The notes under the pieces were generated by a model. It was not told the DNA's origin. It was given only the letters and a program-made list of their open reading frames with translations, and searched no databases. Shown piece by piece: positions 13,274 through 27,390 of a DNA stretch of 64,000 bases; the stretch's first letter is position 1; every line of letters begins with the position of its first letter. The stretch is from Octopus vulgaris (Eukaryota): positions 27,156,001 through 27,220,000 of the forward strand of contig OX597836.1 of NCBI GenBank assembly GCA_951406725.2, given 5' to 3'. The position numbers were made by a program, and so were the translations under genes.

Positions 13274-13498
13274 GGTGGCGAGCTGGCAGAAATGTTAGCA
13301 TGCTGGGCGAAATGCGTAGCCGTATTTCGTCTGCCGTTACGTTCTGAGTTCAAATTCCGCCGAGGTCAACTTTGCCTTTCATCCTTTCGGGGTCGATTAA
13401 ATAAGTACCAGTTATGCACTGGGGTCGATATAATCAACTTAATCTGTTTGTCTGTCCTTGTTTGTCCTCTCTGTGTTTGTGGGTAGTAAAGAAATAGA
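13274..13498 (+). mobile_element. SINE family B
   Basis: ggtggcgagctggcagaaatgttagc..gagttcaaattccgccgagg..aaagaaatag. Confidence 0.8.
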
Positions 13499-14072
13499 TA
13501 TATCTAGAAGGATGCACCTGCTGCTATCACCTCGTAATTTCACTCTAATTACTACCTACATGTCACAGATCTGTCCAACTGAGACTGACCCGGGGCTAAA
13601 CGACAATGACAACGACAACAGCTACCACCTCCACCACCACTACTGCTACTTTTGAATGAAAGAATGGAACCTGGAGAAATCGGTAATACTTCATCGACCG
13701 ATGGCATTGTGAGGTCAGTAAAAATTCTTTTGTTCTGTTTTCAAACCCCCTCCTATCTCCTGCACCAATGATATAATCTTACAGTATTTTCTGGTATACA
13801 AGCTGATGTAGCATTTAGTATAAACATGTAGCGTAAGCATTCAAACATTGCCACTATCTTTCCAAATCCAGCTGCTGTATTTCACATGGAATCTTTGGTG
13901 CTACAAAGTTGTCTTGGTGTATAAGTCACCCTACCACTTTTAGCTAAAACTTTTGCTCTGAAAAATTCAATTTGTGTATGTGTGTGTTTGTAATTGTAAA
14001 AGAGAGAGAAGGAGAGATTAATGAAATGCTAATGGCAAGAGAAAAACAAAGTTTTTAGTAAGAAATCAATGA

Positions 14073-14243
14073 GGCGCAGGAGTGGTTGTGTGGTAAGTAG
14101 CTTGTTTACCAACCACATGGTTCAGAGTTCAGTCCCACTGCGTGGCATCTTGGGCAAGTGTCTTCTGCTATAGCCCCGGGCCGACCAATGCCTTGTGAGT
14201 GGATTTGGTAGACGGAAACTGAAAGAAGCTTGTCGTATATATG

Positions 14244-14282
<39 letters not shown>

Positions 14283-14503
14283 TTGTGTGTCTGTGTTTGT
14301 CCCCCTAGCATTGCTTGACAACCGATGCTGGTGTGCTTATGTCCCCGTTACTTAGCGGTTCCGAAAAAGAGACCGATAGAATAAGTACTGGGCTTACAAA
14401 GAATAAGTCTCGGGGTCGATTTGCTCGACTAAAGGCGGTGCTCCAACATGGCCGCAGTCAAAATGACTGAAACAAGTAAGAGAGTAAAAGTGAGAGTAAA
14501 GAG
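14073..14503 (+). mobile_element. SINE family A, full length
   Basis: Matches the family A consensus. Confidence 0.85.
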
Positions 14504-15019
14504 ATGTTTCTGTACCTCACACTAACATTTCTATTTCACTACCACTCTTTTGCAACTTTCAATTTTTCTACATCTCTTTTATTGACTCATTCCTGTTTTA
14601 TGACAAGGGATTTTCAAACATGAGATGTTTTAGTTCATGTGTGATTCTTGGTTGCATCTGGTTTCCCTGTGATATTTCATAATGATTTGTAGCGAGGATA
14701 GCTATGTTGTTTCAAGACAAACAGACAGCCGTCGATGTTTATAGTCGTAGATATAGATGTGAACTCAAGTTCAAACATTGACTGAAAACCAGACAGGTAA
14801 GACAGGTAGACAGATAAGACCGACATGCAGACAGGTAAGTAGGCAGACTGACTGACTGACAGTTTGAGAGTGTGAGAGAAATAGAGAGAATATGAGAGAG
14901 ATTGATAGACAGAGAGTGATGAGTGAGTGAGTGAGTGAGTGATGAGTGAGTGTGTGTGTGTGTGTGTGTGTATGAGTGAGAAAGAAAAATGTGCAGATAC
15001 AAACTTACATACATACGCA

Positions 15020-16600
15020 TGTGTATGTACATATATACACATGTATGTATATACATGTATGCATGCATGTATGTATGTATGTATGTATGTATGTATGTAT
15101 GTATGCATGTATGTATGTATGCATGTATGTATGTATTTATGTATGTATGTATGTATGTATGCATGTATGTATGTATGTATGTATACATATATGTATGTAT
15201 GTATGCATGTATATATGTATGCATGTATGTATGTATGTATGTATGCATGTATGCATGTATGTATATATGTATGTATGTATGTATACATGTATGTATGTAT
15301 GTATGCATGTATGTATGTATGTATGTATGTATGCATGTATGCATATATACATGTATGTATGTATGTATGTATGTATGTATGCATGCATGCATGCATGTAT
15401 GTATGTATGTATGTATGTATGCATGTATGTATGTATGTATGTATGTATGTATGTATGTATGTATGTATGCATGTATGTATGCATGCATGTACGTATGTAT
15501 GTATGTATGTATGTATGCATGTATGTATGTATACATGTATGTATGTATGTATGTATACATGCATGCATGTATGTATGTATGCATGCATGTATGTGCATAC
15601 AAACTTACGTGTATTATTGATTCTCTCCTGACATAATTTACGGATAAAGCCTCCACAGCTTTTTGCCAAATATGCTGCGCAAATGATTTGTTCGTGGTGA
15701 TCAAATGCTGCACATTGGCTCACTTCTTCCATCGAATCGATCCTGCCTGAACAGGTGCACGGTGCACCACACGTCAGGTGCCAAAGTGATTTCAAAGCAA
15801 TGTGAGATGAAGTGTTTTGCTTAAGAACACAATGCACCACCTGCTTCCAGGAATTGAAATCATGATCTTGTGATTGGGAAAGCAGTACCCTAACTATTAG
15901 GCGAAGCACCTGCATACATACACACATACACACACACATACACATACATACATATATACATACATACATACACACATACATACACACATGCATACATACT
16001 TGCATGCATGCATATATGTATGTGTGTATGCATGCATACATACATGCTTACATACAATACATACATACATGCATGCATGTATACATACATGCATGCATGT
16101 GTACATATACATACATCCATACATATGTATATACATACATACCTGAATACATACATACATACATACATACGTACGTACGTACATAGATACATACATACAT
16201 ACATACACACACACATACATACATACATACATACATACATGCATGCATACCTGCATTCATACACACGTACACACACACACACATACATACACACATACAT
16301 ACATACATACATAGATACATACATACATACCTGCATACATACACACATACATACATGCATACATACATGCATACATATATACCTGCATACATACACACAT
16401 ACATACATACATGCATGCATACATACAGACATACAGGCATACATACATGCACGCATGCATACATACATATATACATACATACATACAAGCATACATACAT
16501 ACATACATACATACATATACATACATACATACATATATACATACATACTTACATACATGCATACAGATAAGTGCATACTTACGAACGAATACATGCATTC
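15020..16600. repeat. (TATG)n block and complementary (CATA)n block flanking a tRNA-SINE fragment
   Basis: 15020-15595 is TATG-rich, 15912-16600 is CATA-rich; a minus-strand SINE-like piece lies at ~15700-15910. Confidence 0.85.
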
Positions 16601-17004
16601 ATGAAGACAGACAGGCAGACAGACAAATGTATTATATAAGGGGACCCCATTGTCTGTGATGTAAATGTTTGACAGTTTTCGATGCAATGGTGTAACATTG
16701 ATCGTTAGGTAACAGATAAAGGTGGGACTGAAGCTGTGGGGGAAGTAAGTGAAATGAGAGGACAACAGCAGCTGTGATTCCTCAGTGTGGGAAACAACTG
16801 ATGACAGGGGTAGGCTGAGTACTGATAACAGCCGAAGAGTACTAATTATGATGATAGTGATGATGGCTATGACAACGTTGTTGCTACTGGTTACGATGAC
16901 GATGACGATGATGATGATATTAATGTTGGTACTGAAACAGTGATCGATGATGAGCATAGTCAGCAACTTTCATGAAAGTGGAGAAATATAGGTATATCAA
17001 ATAA

Positions 17005-17473
17005 CATATAACATATTCTGAACGCCTTACTTCCCTGGGCATGGACACATGGACACTCCGACGTCTGGCAGCTGACTTGGCATACACCCATAAAATTATT
17101 AGCCATCTTACAAACAATAACTCTGAGCACCTTTACAAACTCCACCCATCTAACACCCGTGGACATGTTTACAAAGTCAGAAAATAGCACAGCTCCCATG
17201 ACTTTCAGAAACATTTTTTCACGCTAAGTGTTGCTGAAGCATGGAACAGACTGCCGGCATCAGTTGTTAGTTGTCGGAGCACTGCATCCTTCAAAACTTC
17301 CATGCTTCCTGAGATTCGCCAACACTCCACCTGATTTTCTCCCCTCCATACACACGCAAGCATGTGTCTGACTCATACATTGTTCGCTTTCCAGACATTT
17401 GTACATTACTGCATATGCTTTATATGCACTTTCTGACAAGTTGTGGTGCACCTGAGCACTGTGTACAATAATT

Positions 17474-17510
<37 letters not shown>
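17005..17510 (+). mobile_element. 5'-truncated CR1-clade LINE (ORF2 C-terminus, 3' UTR, (ATT)n tail)
   Basis: Translates TYSERLTSLGMDTWTLRRLAADL..NTRGHVYKVRK*..KHFFTLSVAEAWNRLPASVV..SFK, a typical CR1 ORF2 end. Confidence 0.8.
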
Positions 17511-17511
<1 letters not shown>

Positions 17512-18120
17512 AATTCTTGATTTGTTAAAACTATCTCCACCTGTAGAGAACCAGTAGCCACAGTATGGGGCCATGTGCAGTATCAGTATGTTGCTGCACT
17601 CACCTTTGTTGGTGATACCCTACTACCCCTGATGGATGAGGCCTCTGCATCACTCAGGCGATAACCCTCCAACTCATGGGTCTGTATGGGTAGTCGTTGC
17701 TGGTGAGGCTTTTATGAAGTTGGAATGCAAATCCTACCTCTCAGTCTCTTTGAGTCACCCTTTACAAGTTGCAGAGGAAACGTTGGGTTCTATTCTTTGA
17801 CATGCTGGTCCCCGTGCAGTACCTGAGCAATGTGAAGCAAAGTGTTTTACTCAGGAACCTGGTGCGGGAATCAAACGCACAATATGCCGGTCATGAATGC
17901 CACACACGAACCACTAGATGTGTCATAATTAAACTTCTTATCTCGGACGCGTAAGCATGTGCACAACAGCTAAACACTGCGCCACTGGAACTGTGAAGCC
18001 CGCAGTTCTATACAAGGACTTTTGTATTCTTTCCATAAACTAGGGAATGGCTGCTAATATTGAGCTTAAGGATTATATAATGTACAATACAAAGAAAAAA
18101 GGAACTCATTATATTGAATA

Positions 18121-18533
18121 GGCGCAGGAGTGGCTGTGTGGTAAGTAGCTTGCTAACCAACCACATGGTTCCGGGTTCAGTCCCACTGCGTGGCATCTTG
18201 GGCAAGTGTCTTCTGCTATAGCCCCGGGCCGACCAATGCCTTGTGAGTGGATTTGGTAGACAGAAACTGAAAGAAGCCTGTCGTATATATGTATATATAT
18301 ATAAGTGTGTGTGTTTGTGTGTCTGTGTTTGTTCCCCTAGCATTGCTTGACAACCGATGCTGGTGTGTTTACGTCCCCGTCACTTAGCGGTTCGGCAAAA
18401 CAGACCGATACAATAAGTACTGGGCTTACAATGAATAAGTCCTGGGGTCGATTTGCTCGACTAAAGGCGGTGCTCCAGCATGGCCGCAGTCAAATGACTG
18501 AAACAAGTAAAAGAGTAAAAGAGTAAAAAAGAG
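18121..18533 (+). mobile_element. SINE family A, full length
   Basis: Matches the family A consensus. Confidence 0.85.
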
Positions 18534-19133
18534 TTATCCATAATATCGAGTGGAAATAAGGGGTGCTGCAGTTCTGCAGTGCCTATACACGAGCTGCTGC
18601 TGTGAAGTGGTCATGGTCGGGACATCTTTATTATAAGTTTGCTTGATCAGAGCAGGCCTTTAGTGGTTTATAGGACTTGCTATCTCCAGGTGAACGACAG
18701 TTTTAACACATAACCTTCTTTCAGAATTAGAAACATAACAAATTTACAACTATTTGTAAACAAAATACCATTTCACCCAGACCTTATCTTTGTTTCTGTT
18801 GGTATATTAATTAGATTTGTAAATAAATAGTGGCCTAATTATAATATATAATGATATCGCAATGAAGGACGTTAATGAAGGAAATATATATTTCCTTCAT
18901 TAACATCAATATGTATTTTATTCAATGTAAGGTTTTTTCCTCGAATTTTATAATTTTTATAATTTTTATAATTTTTTTATATATATATACATATATTTTT
19001 GAGCTCATTTTTTTGTTTATCGCTCGAAGATTGACCGTTATTTCTAAAGGGCCAATCAAACAAGTCCATTTTTTTAAAGGTGTAGCGTTTGTAAGAGTCT
19101 GGATTGAATTGATATATCGGTTCCATTCTAGCA

Positions 19134-19180
19134 AAAACTGTCTGATGAACGGCAATGAGAAACTCAGAGTAACAGATTTT
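19134..19180 (+). ncRNA. Hammerhead-like motif with eroded stem II
   Basis: CUGU CUGAUGA acggcaauga GAAA CUCAGAG UA ACAG: stem I, core and near-palindromic stem III present. Confidence 0.4.
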
Positions 19181-19310
19181 GTTGAATTTTCTGCTGCTTT
19201 AAATAAAGCATATTACTCTACCACTGGTATTTGAGTACTCTTTTTTCAACCTTGTTTCACATTTATGTTTTACTCCTCCACCTTGTTTCACATTTATGTG
19301 TTTACTCCGG

Positions 19311-19342
<32 letters not shown>

Positions 19343-19556
19343 CATATGTATATACATGTTTGTGTGTTGGTTGTAGACCCACTGTCGCCAGGCAACCGAT
19401 GTTGGTGTGTTTACGTCCCCGTAACTTAGCAGTTTGGCAAAAGATACTGATAAAATATGTTCATGGCTTACAAAGAATAAGTCCTGGGGTCGATTTGTTA
19501 GACTAAAGGCGGTGCTCAAGCATGGCTGCAGTCAAATGACTGAAACAAGTAAAAGA

Positions 19557-19598
<42 letters not shown>

Positions 19599-19622
19599 AA
19601 TTCTTTTACTTGTTTCAGTCAT

Positions 19623-19655
<33 letters not shown>

Positions 19656-19914
19656 TGCAATGTGTGTGATGTGTGTATGTACTTACGTGTGAGTGTGTCT
19701 GTGTGTACACACACACACACTCATAAGTACACATACACATATCTATACACACACACACACGCACACACATATGTACACCATGCCATGTTAATGCATGGGC
19801 ATGTTGGGGTGCTACCCAGGTGCCTCACAGGTCTAAAGGCCCACTCCTAATCTATGTACACCATGGATTGCTGTCAGTAAATATTAGGGCCCTAAAGTGC
19901 TCATAAGACGCCAT

Positions 19915-20980
<1,066 letters not shown>

Positions 20981-21192
20981 GTGACTTTGTTTACAAGCAC
21001 ACGTACACAGAAGCACGAATAAGATAAAGAAGAAAACGGGAGAAGATAGAAAGAGGGGGAGGGAAAGGGAGAGAGAGAGAGAAGGGGAGAGAGAAAGAGG
21101 GAGGTCGTAGCAGAGAGGAACGTCAAAAATTGTCAACAGATAAGTATGAAGAGAAATGTCACGGAACCAAGATTGATAAAAGAGAGAGGGAG

Positions 21193-21227
<35 letters not shown>

Positions 21228-21334
21228 TGATGATGATGATGATGGTAACGATGATGATGATGATGACGACGATGACGATGATGATGATGATGATGACGAT
21301 GATGATGATTCTTACATACACTTGTCCGGGAACA

Positions 21335-21369
<35 letters not shown>

Positions 21370-21465
21370 ACACCAAAAAATATAGAGAAAGATATATAGA
21401 TAGACAGATGGGAAATAGGGGGAGGCGGAGAGCGAGGGAGAGGAAGAGAGAGAGAGAGACAGAGA

Positions 21466-21538
<73 letters not shown>

Positions 21539-21742
21539 AGACATGGATGGGGGTGGGCCATGCAGGCAGAGACGAATAGCTGTGGCTGGTTAAATGAGAT
21601 GTAGACATTATACGAGTGAGAAAGACAGCCAGAGAAACGGTTAGAGAGAAAGGTGGAGAGAGAGAGAGAGAGAGAGAGATCGAATACAGAGGGGTGTTTT
21701 GAAAAGTAGTTGGAAAGCTTTTTACAGTGAACAAACTGGACG

Positions 21743-21836
21743 ATGCTGAGCGCAACAGTTCTTGTGAAGAACCAGATGATGGTTTGTCTGAGAGGAGGAT
21801 CATGGACATCGCCAAGTTGCTTGCTTTACAAATCAG
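21743..21836 (+). CDS. ABAT: ABAT probable first coding exon (mitochondrial presequence-like MLSATVLVKNQMMVCLRGGSWTSPSCLLYKS)
   Basis: ATG to donor AG|gtaaga; phase 1 matches the next exon. Peptide lacks acidic residues and is S/T/L/K-rich. No direct homology in this part. Confidence 0.6.
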
Positions 21837-23526
21837 GTAAGAAGAATACGTTGTTGCGGTCAGCTGTCTCCTTCGTTTGTTCCTTGCATTTTCTGTCGTT
21901 GTCCGGTTTGTTGTTTGACCCCCTCCACATCAGTCCGGTTTCAACCGATCTATATAAATTGTTCCAGCCGAGATCATCCCGCCTTTTTACCATTCAAACA
22001 TTACATTTACATTATCTAATGTAGCTTTCTGTGATTTGAAAGTGGTTTCCACTGCTATTTCTAACACAGAGTGATCGATCGATCGCAGATCGTGTGATCG
22101 AAGGGAGGATCCAATGTGACCGATGCTGTTTGTGTTTAGTCCCAGGTCAGTCTAAAATCGAGTAGACAGACTTATAAGTAAAGGCAATCCAGACGTGAAC
22201 ACCCCATCCTTTTCATGTACAGCAAACATATCTAACGCATCATTTACTTGGATGGTGGGGTGTGATTTGAGGGAGGTTCAGTTGTTATTTCCGTGTTATT
22301 TCCAAAAAGTGGTGCGACCAATAGAATCCCCCTCGTTGGTTTGGTGGAGGGGAGGTTCCCTGTCTGCTCTGTAGAGAAGGTTACAGCAGCTCTGTCATCC
22401 TTGGTCTATGGCTCACGTTTACATTCCCCACTGTAGCTGTGGAGGATCCGTCTCTTCGACAGCAAGTTAGATTCTTTTCACTCCCTCCAGTAACCTTTGA
22501 GTGAGAGACATGAACATCACAGATTCAATTTCTGTGAGGGAATGCCATAGTACGATAAACCCTGCCCCTCATCTTCCCTCCATGGACCATTATGACAGTA
22601 CCATTAAACGGAAACGGATACATTTTAAAAATAGTAACATTTTTCGTACCGTCAACGATTCGGTTTCGATTCTCAGAAGAATACCATCGTTTACATCTCA
22701 CATTTTTGTTACATACATTTTTTTAATGAACCGTTAATCAATCAATCAGTTAATTAATCAATTAATTTAATAATGTATTTATGTATTTATTCTATCATTC
22801 ATTTTTCGTTAGCAAAGGAACAAAAACGTAAGCACCACAGCTACTCAAATCTTTATCTAATCTGTGACTGATGAAGCTTCCTATCTATTTAGAAATAAAA
22901 TAACTGCTGTTTGTTTATATTGCAGTTGTTGTTATCGTTTAGTGTTAATCAACCCGAGGAGAGCAGATATTATTGATTTAGGACTGAATTATTTCATGTA
23001 TTCTTTCTGAATTTTGGTTTACTGTTTCCACGGTCTTCATAAACCTACTCTGGTATACTAAGTAACGAGACCGCCACAGTCGTAGTTATTTTGTTACCTT
23101 AACCCCAGATCATTCCGTATTGCAACTGCTCCATCTCCGCCCCACCTCAACAAAAATGTTCTTCCGCTTTTAAGGACGGTAAAGTCTGATGTGGAAGAGA
23201 TTTGGCTGCTATTTCTAGCTCTTCGAGTATTCGTGCAGAATCTCTCCCGTTGACTTGAAATGGTTAACTTCAAGTCACCGCAAAAAGAACATCTTAAGAT
23301 GAAAGACGTTTTCTTTTCTTTTAAAACTCTACATTATATAATGTTTTTGATTATTTTTTTTAAAAGTGGCGTACAATCTGAGGAAAACCTAGCTTCTATT
23401 TCTAGCAGATTGAATGACCTTGTACAGGTTCCCCCCGTCGGTTTAATTATGTATGTGTGTGTAAGAATGGTGTTGATATGAGGCAGGTTGCTTATTTTTT
23501 TTATATAGATTTTTATTCACACTCAA

Positions 23527-23561
<35 letters not shown>

Positions 23562-24182
23562 TCGTTCAGTTTTCAGTTTTATTTATTTTTATTTGTCGAA
23601 CAATAGCTATTTCTTTATTACCCACAAGGGGCTAAACATAGAGGGGACAAACAAGGACAGACATAGGTATTATGTCGATTATATTGATCCCAGTGCGTAA
23701 CTGGTACTTAATTTATCGACCCCGAAAGGATGAAAGGCAAAGTCGACCTCGGCGGAATTTTGAACTCAGAACGTAGCGTCGTCAGTCACTAGTCACTCAT
23801 AGAGTCATTGCCCTACAAGGAAGTGTCTGTAGCTTGGTGCAGAATAAATAGCGCAAGAGCATTGTTTGGAAAAGCACCGGTTTCTCGGCTTTTCTCGCTG
23901 TATTCTTTTGTATCGTTCGCTGACGTACATCGGTGTACCATTATTGACGTACGTCGGCGTACGCACACACTCGTACAACCCACACAAAGACGTGTGTGAG
24001 TGCGTGTGAGTGAGTGTGTGCGTGTGGGTGTGTGTGGGTGTATTTATAGGTAAATGTGTATACATACACACACACACACGGATGAGTGAGTGCTCAATAC
24101 ATTTTGTAGAGTATACGGTTTTTATTGAAACTCTGCTTCAGCTGCAATAAAAAAAAAACACAGTATATGCGTTTACATACAC

Positions 24183-24213
<31 letters not shown>

Positions 24214-24219
24214 TATGTA

Positions 24220-24263
<44 letters not shown>

Positions 24264-24321
24264 CATATATATATATATATATATGTATGTGTATGTACAC
24301 ACACACATATGTATGTATATA

Positions 24322-24390
<69 letters not shown>

Positions 24391-24395
24391 ATATA

Positions 24396-24525
24396 CAGGG
24401 TGATTCAAAAGTCACCATACATAATAAAAAATTATTTTTTTATAAGAAACAGTTAAATAAAAAAAGCATTTCTTATAAAAAGAAAATAATTTTTTCCTAT
24501 GTATGGCGACCTTTGAATCACCCTG
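24396..24525. mobile_element. Tc1/mariner-type MITE, near-perfect hairpin
   Basis: TA|cagggtgattcaaaagtcaccatacata ... tatgtatggcgacctttgaatcaccctg|TA, arms of ~55 bp. Confidence 0.8.
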
Positions 24526-24635
24526 TATATTCACATGCATACATACACACATATATGTATGTATGTGTGTATATATATATATATATATACACACATACAT
24601 ATATATATATGTATGTGTATGCGTATGTATATACA

Positions 24636-25211
24636 CAGGGTGATTCAAAAGTCACCATACATAGGAAAAAATTATTTTTTTATAAGAAACAGTTATAACA
24701 GGCGCAGGAGTGGCTGTGTGGTAAGTAGCTTGCTAACCAACCACATGGTTCCAGGTTCAGTCCCACTGCCTGGAATCTTGGGCAAGTGTCTTCTGCTATA
24801 GCCCCGGGCCGACCAATGCCTTGTGAGTGGATTTGGTAGACGGAAACTGAAAAAAGCCTGTCGTATATATGTATATATATATATATGATTGATTGATTGA
24901 TTCTAGTTTCAGCTTATGAGCTGTGGCCATGCTGGGGCACCGCCATATGTATGTGTGTGTGTTTGTGTGTGTGTGTGTTTGTCCCCCTAGCATTGCTTGA
25001 CAACCGATGTTGTCAAGAGACTGATAGAATAAGTACTGGGCTTACAAAAGAATAAGTCCCGGGGTCGAGTTGCTCGATTAAAGGCAGTGCTCCGGCATGG
25101 CCGCAGTCAAATGACAGAAACAAGTAAAAGAGAGAGAGTTAAATAAAAAAAACGTTTCTTATAAAAAGAAAATAAATTGTTCTTATGTATGGCGACCTTT
25201 GAATCAACCTG
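24636..25211. mobile_element. Second MITE copy interrupted by a family A SINE (24701-25136)
   Basis: Same TIRs as 24396-24525, split at agtta. Confidence 0.75.
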
Positions 25212-25747
25212 TATATTTACATGCATACATACATACATATATACATATATGTATTATATATCTGTTTGTTTTGTTCTCATTGTTCTGTCTTTTACTGTTT
25301 TTTACTTTTTTATTGTTTTTAGTGTTTTGTTATCACTGTCATGTTCTTGTTACCACTTTCACCCCCCCCCCCCCTCAAAAAATTCCAAATTTTATTTAAT
25401 TTGCTTTGCGGGAAGGACTGTTTCAACGAAGTCGCGTCTTGTCCTTGCCTTCGAAACGTGGAGTAGTTGAAACAGGGACAACTGAAGAAGGGGAATATTC
25501 TTTATGTTGTATGCCTCGTTTCTCGGGGTTTTTTTTCATTGTTCGAAAAAAAGTTCGTTTCTATGTTTTTGTTTTTATGCTTTTGTTTCTCATTGTGTTC
25601 CACGTTTTTTTATGTCCTCTACCCATATATGCATCTATATATACATATATGTGTAGGTATGTATATGTATGTATATATTTATATATTATTTATATTATTA
25701 TTATATATATATAAAAAAAAAATCAAAAAAAAAATCAAAAAATCAAA

Positions 25748-26176
25748 TCAAAATCGAAATCGATCAACATCAATGGAATTTGTAGTTGTGGTACCAGTGC
25801 TGGTGGCACATAAGAGAACCATCTGAACGTGGCCGTAGCCAGCACCGTATCGACTGGCCTCCGTGCCGGTGGCATGTAACAAACACCATCCGATCGTGGC
25901 CATTGCCAGCCTTGCCTGGCCTCCGTGCCAGTGGCACATAAAAAGCACCATCCGAGCGTGGCCGTTCGCCAGCCTCATCTGGCACCTGTGTCGGTGTCAC
26001 GTAAAAAGCACCCACTATACTCATGGAGTGGTTGGCGTTAGGAAGGGCATCCAGCTGTAGAAACACTGCCAGATCTGACTGGCCTGGTGCGGCCTTCGGG
26101 CTTCCCAGACCCCAGTTGAACTGTCCAACCCATGCTAGCATGTAAAGCGGACGTTAAACGATGATGATGATGATGA

Positions 26177-26179
<3 letters not shown>
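25748..26179 (+). mobile_element. SINE-like family C
   Basis: Same core and (GAT)n tail as 1-347. Confidence 0.7.
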
Positions 26180-26227
<48 letters not shown>

Positions 26228-26825
26228 AAAATAACCAATAGGATGAGTACCAGGTTTTAAAAAAATCAATAAGTCCTGGGGGTTGGCTCATTCAACTAAG
26301 AATTCTTCTAGGTGGTGCCCCAGCATGGCCACAGTCTAACAACTGAAACAAGTAATAGGCACACAAGTAAAAGATAAATATAACTGAAATTTTTAAACAG
26401 TGAAGGGATATGAGGGTCCACCCGAGTAAAACAGGAACGAAAGGGGTCAATAGGTAAAAAAAAGGGTTGACAAATACTTTTCTTTTATTCTTTATTCCTT
26501 TACTTGTTTCAGTCATTTGACTGTGGCCATGCTGGAGCACCACCTTTAATCAAATCGATCCCAGGACTTATTCTTTGTAAGCCTAGTACTTATTCTATCA
26601 GTCTCTTTTGCCAAACCGCTCGCTAAGCTATGGGGATGTAAGCACACCAACACTGGTTGTCAAGGGATGGTGGGGAGATAAATTACATACATACATATTT
26701 TCCCTTCTATGATGTTCCACCCTACCTATCATATTATGTATATTTGTAGTGACTTTATGTAAGTAAGTTTGCTTTCGACTAAACCCTATACCCCCTAGAA
26801 ACTATAAAATCATACAACCTCATCC

Positions 26826-27390
26826 AACGACTGGCCCCCATGCCAACCCCCCTTCATTGGACACTAAACTCTGCTTGTGAAGACCTGTTGGGGCAAGTGA
26901 AATCGGAATTGAAATTGAACCAATCCTATGACTGGCACCCGGCAGTTGCCAGTGCCGCTGCACTGACTCCTGTGAAGGTGACAAGTAAAGAAACACCGTT
27001 TCGACCCCGTGCTTGAGGAGACCTATTCAGTCAAGTACACCAACATCAAAAAGTCAAATGGAAATTGTAGTTGTGATACCTGTGCCGGTGGCACGTAAAA
27101 AGCACCATCTGAATGTGGCCGATGTCAGCGCCGCCTCGACTGGCTTCCGTGCCAGTGGCATGTAAAAAGCACCAATCCGATCGTGGCCGTTGCCAGCCTC
27201 GCTTGGCACGTAAAAAGCACCCACTACACTCACGGAGTGGTTGGCGTTAGGAAGGGCATCCAGCTGTAGAAACACTGCCAGATCAGACTGGAGCCTGGTG
27301 CAGCCTTCTGGCTTCCCAGATCCCTGGTCGAACCGTCCAACCCATGCTAGCATGGAGAACGGACGTTAAACGATGATGATGATGATGATG
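26826..27390 (+). mobile_element. SINE-like family C, longer copy
   Basis: Same core and (GAT)n tail. Confidence 0.7.

Noticed and set aside
21802-21836. Alternative ABAT start MDIAKLLALQI
   Set aside because: Ends in phase 2, incompatible with the phase-1 exon at 34052.
22868-22900. CTGATGA followed by GAAA
   Set aside because: No stems I, II or III can form.
25417-25478. 10-bp stem enclosing gaag..cttc GAAA..GTA
   Set aside because: Hammerhead-shaped, but the CUGANGA core is absent; at best a deleted relic.
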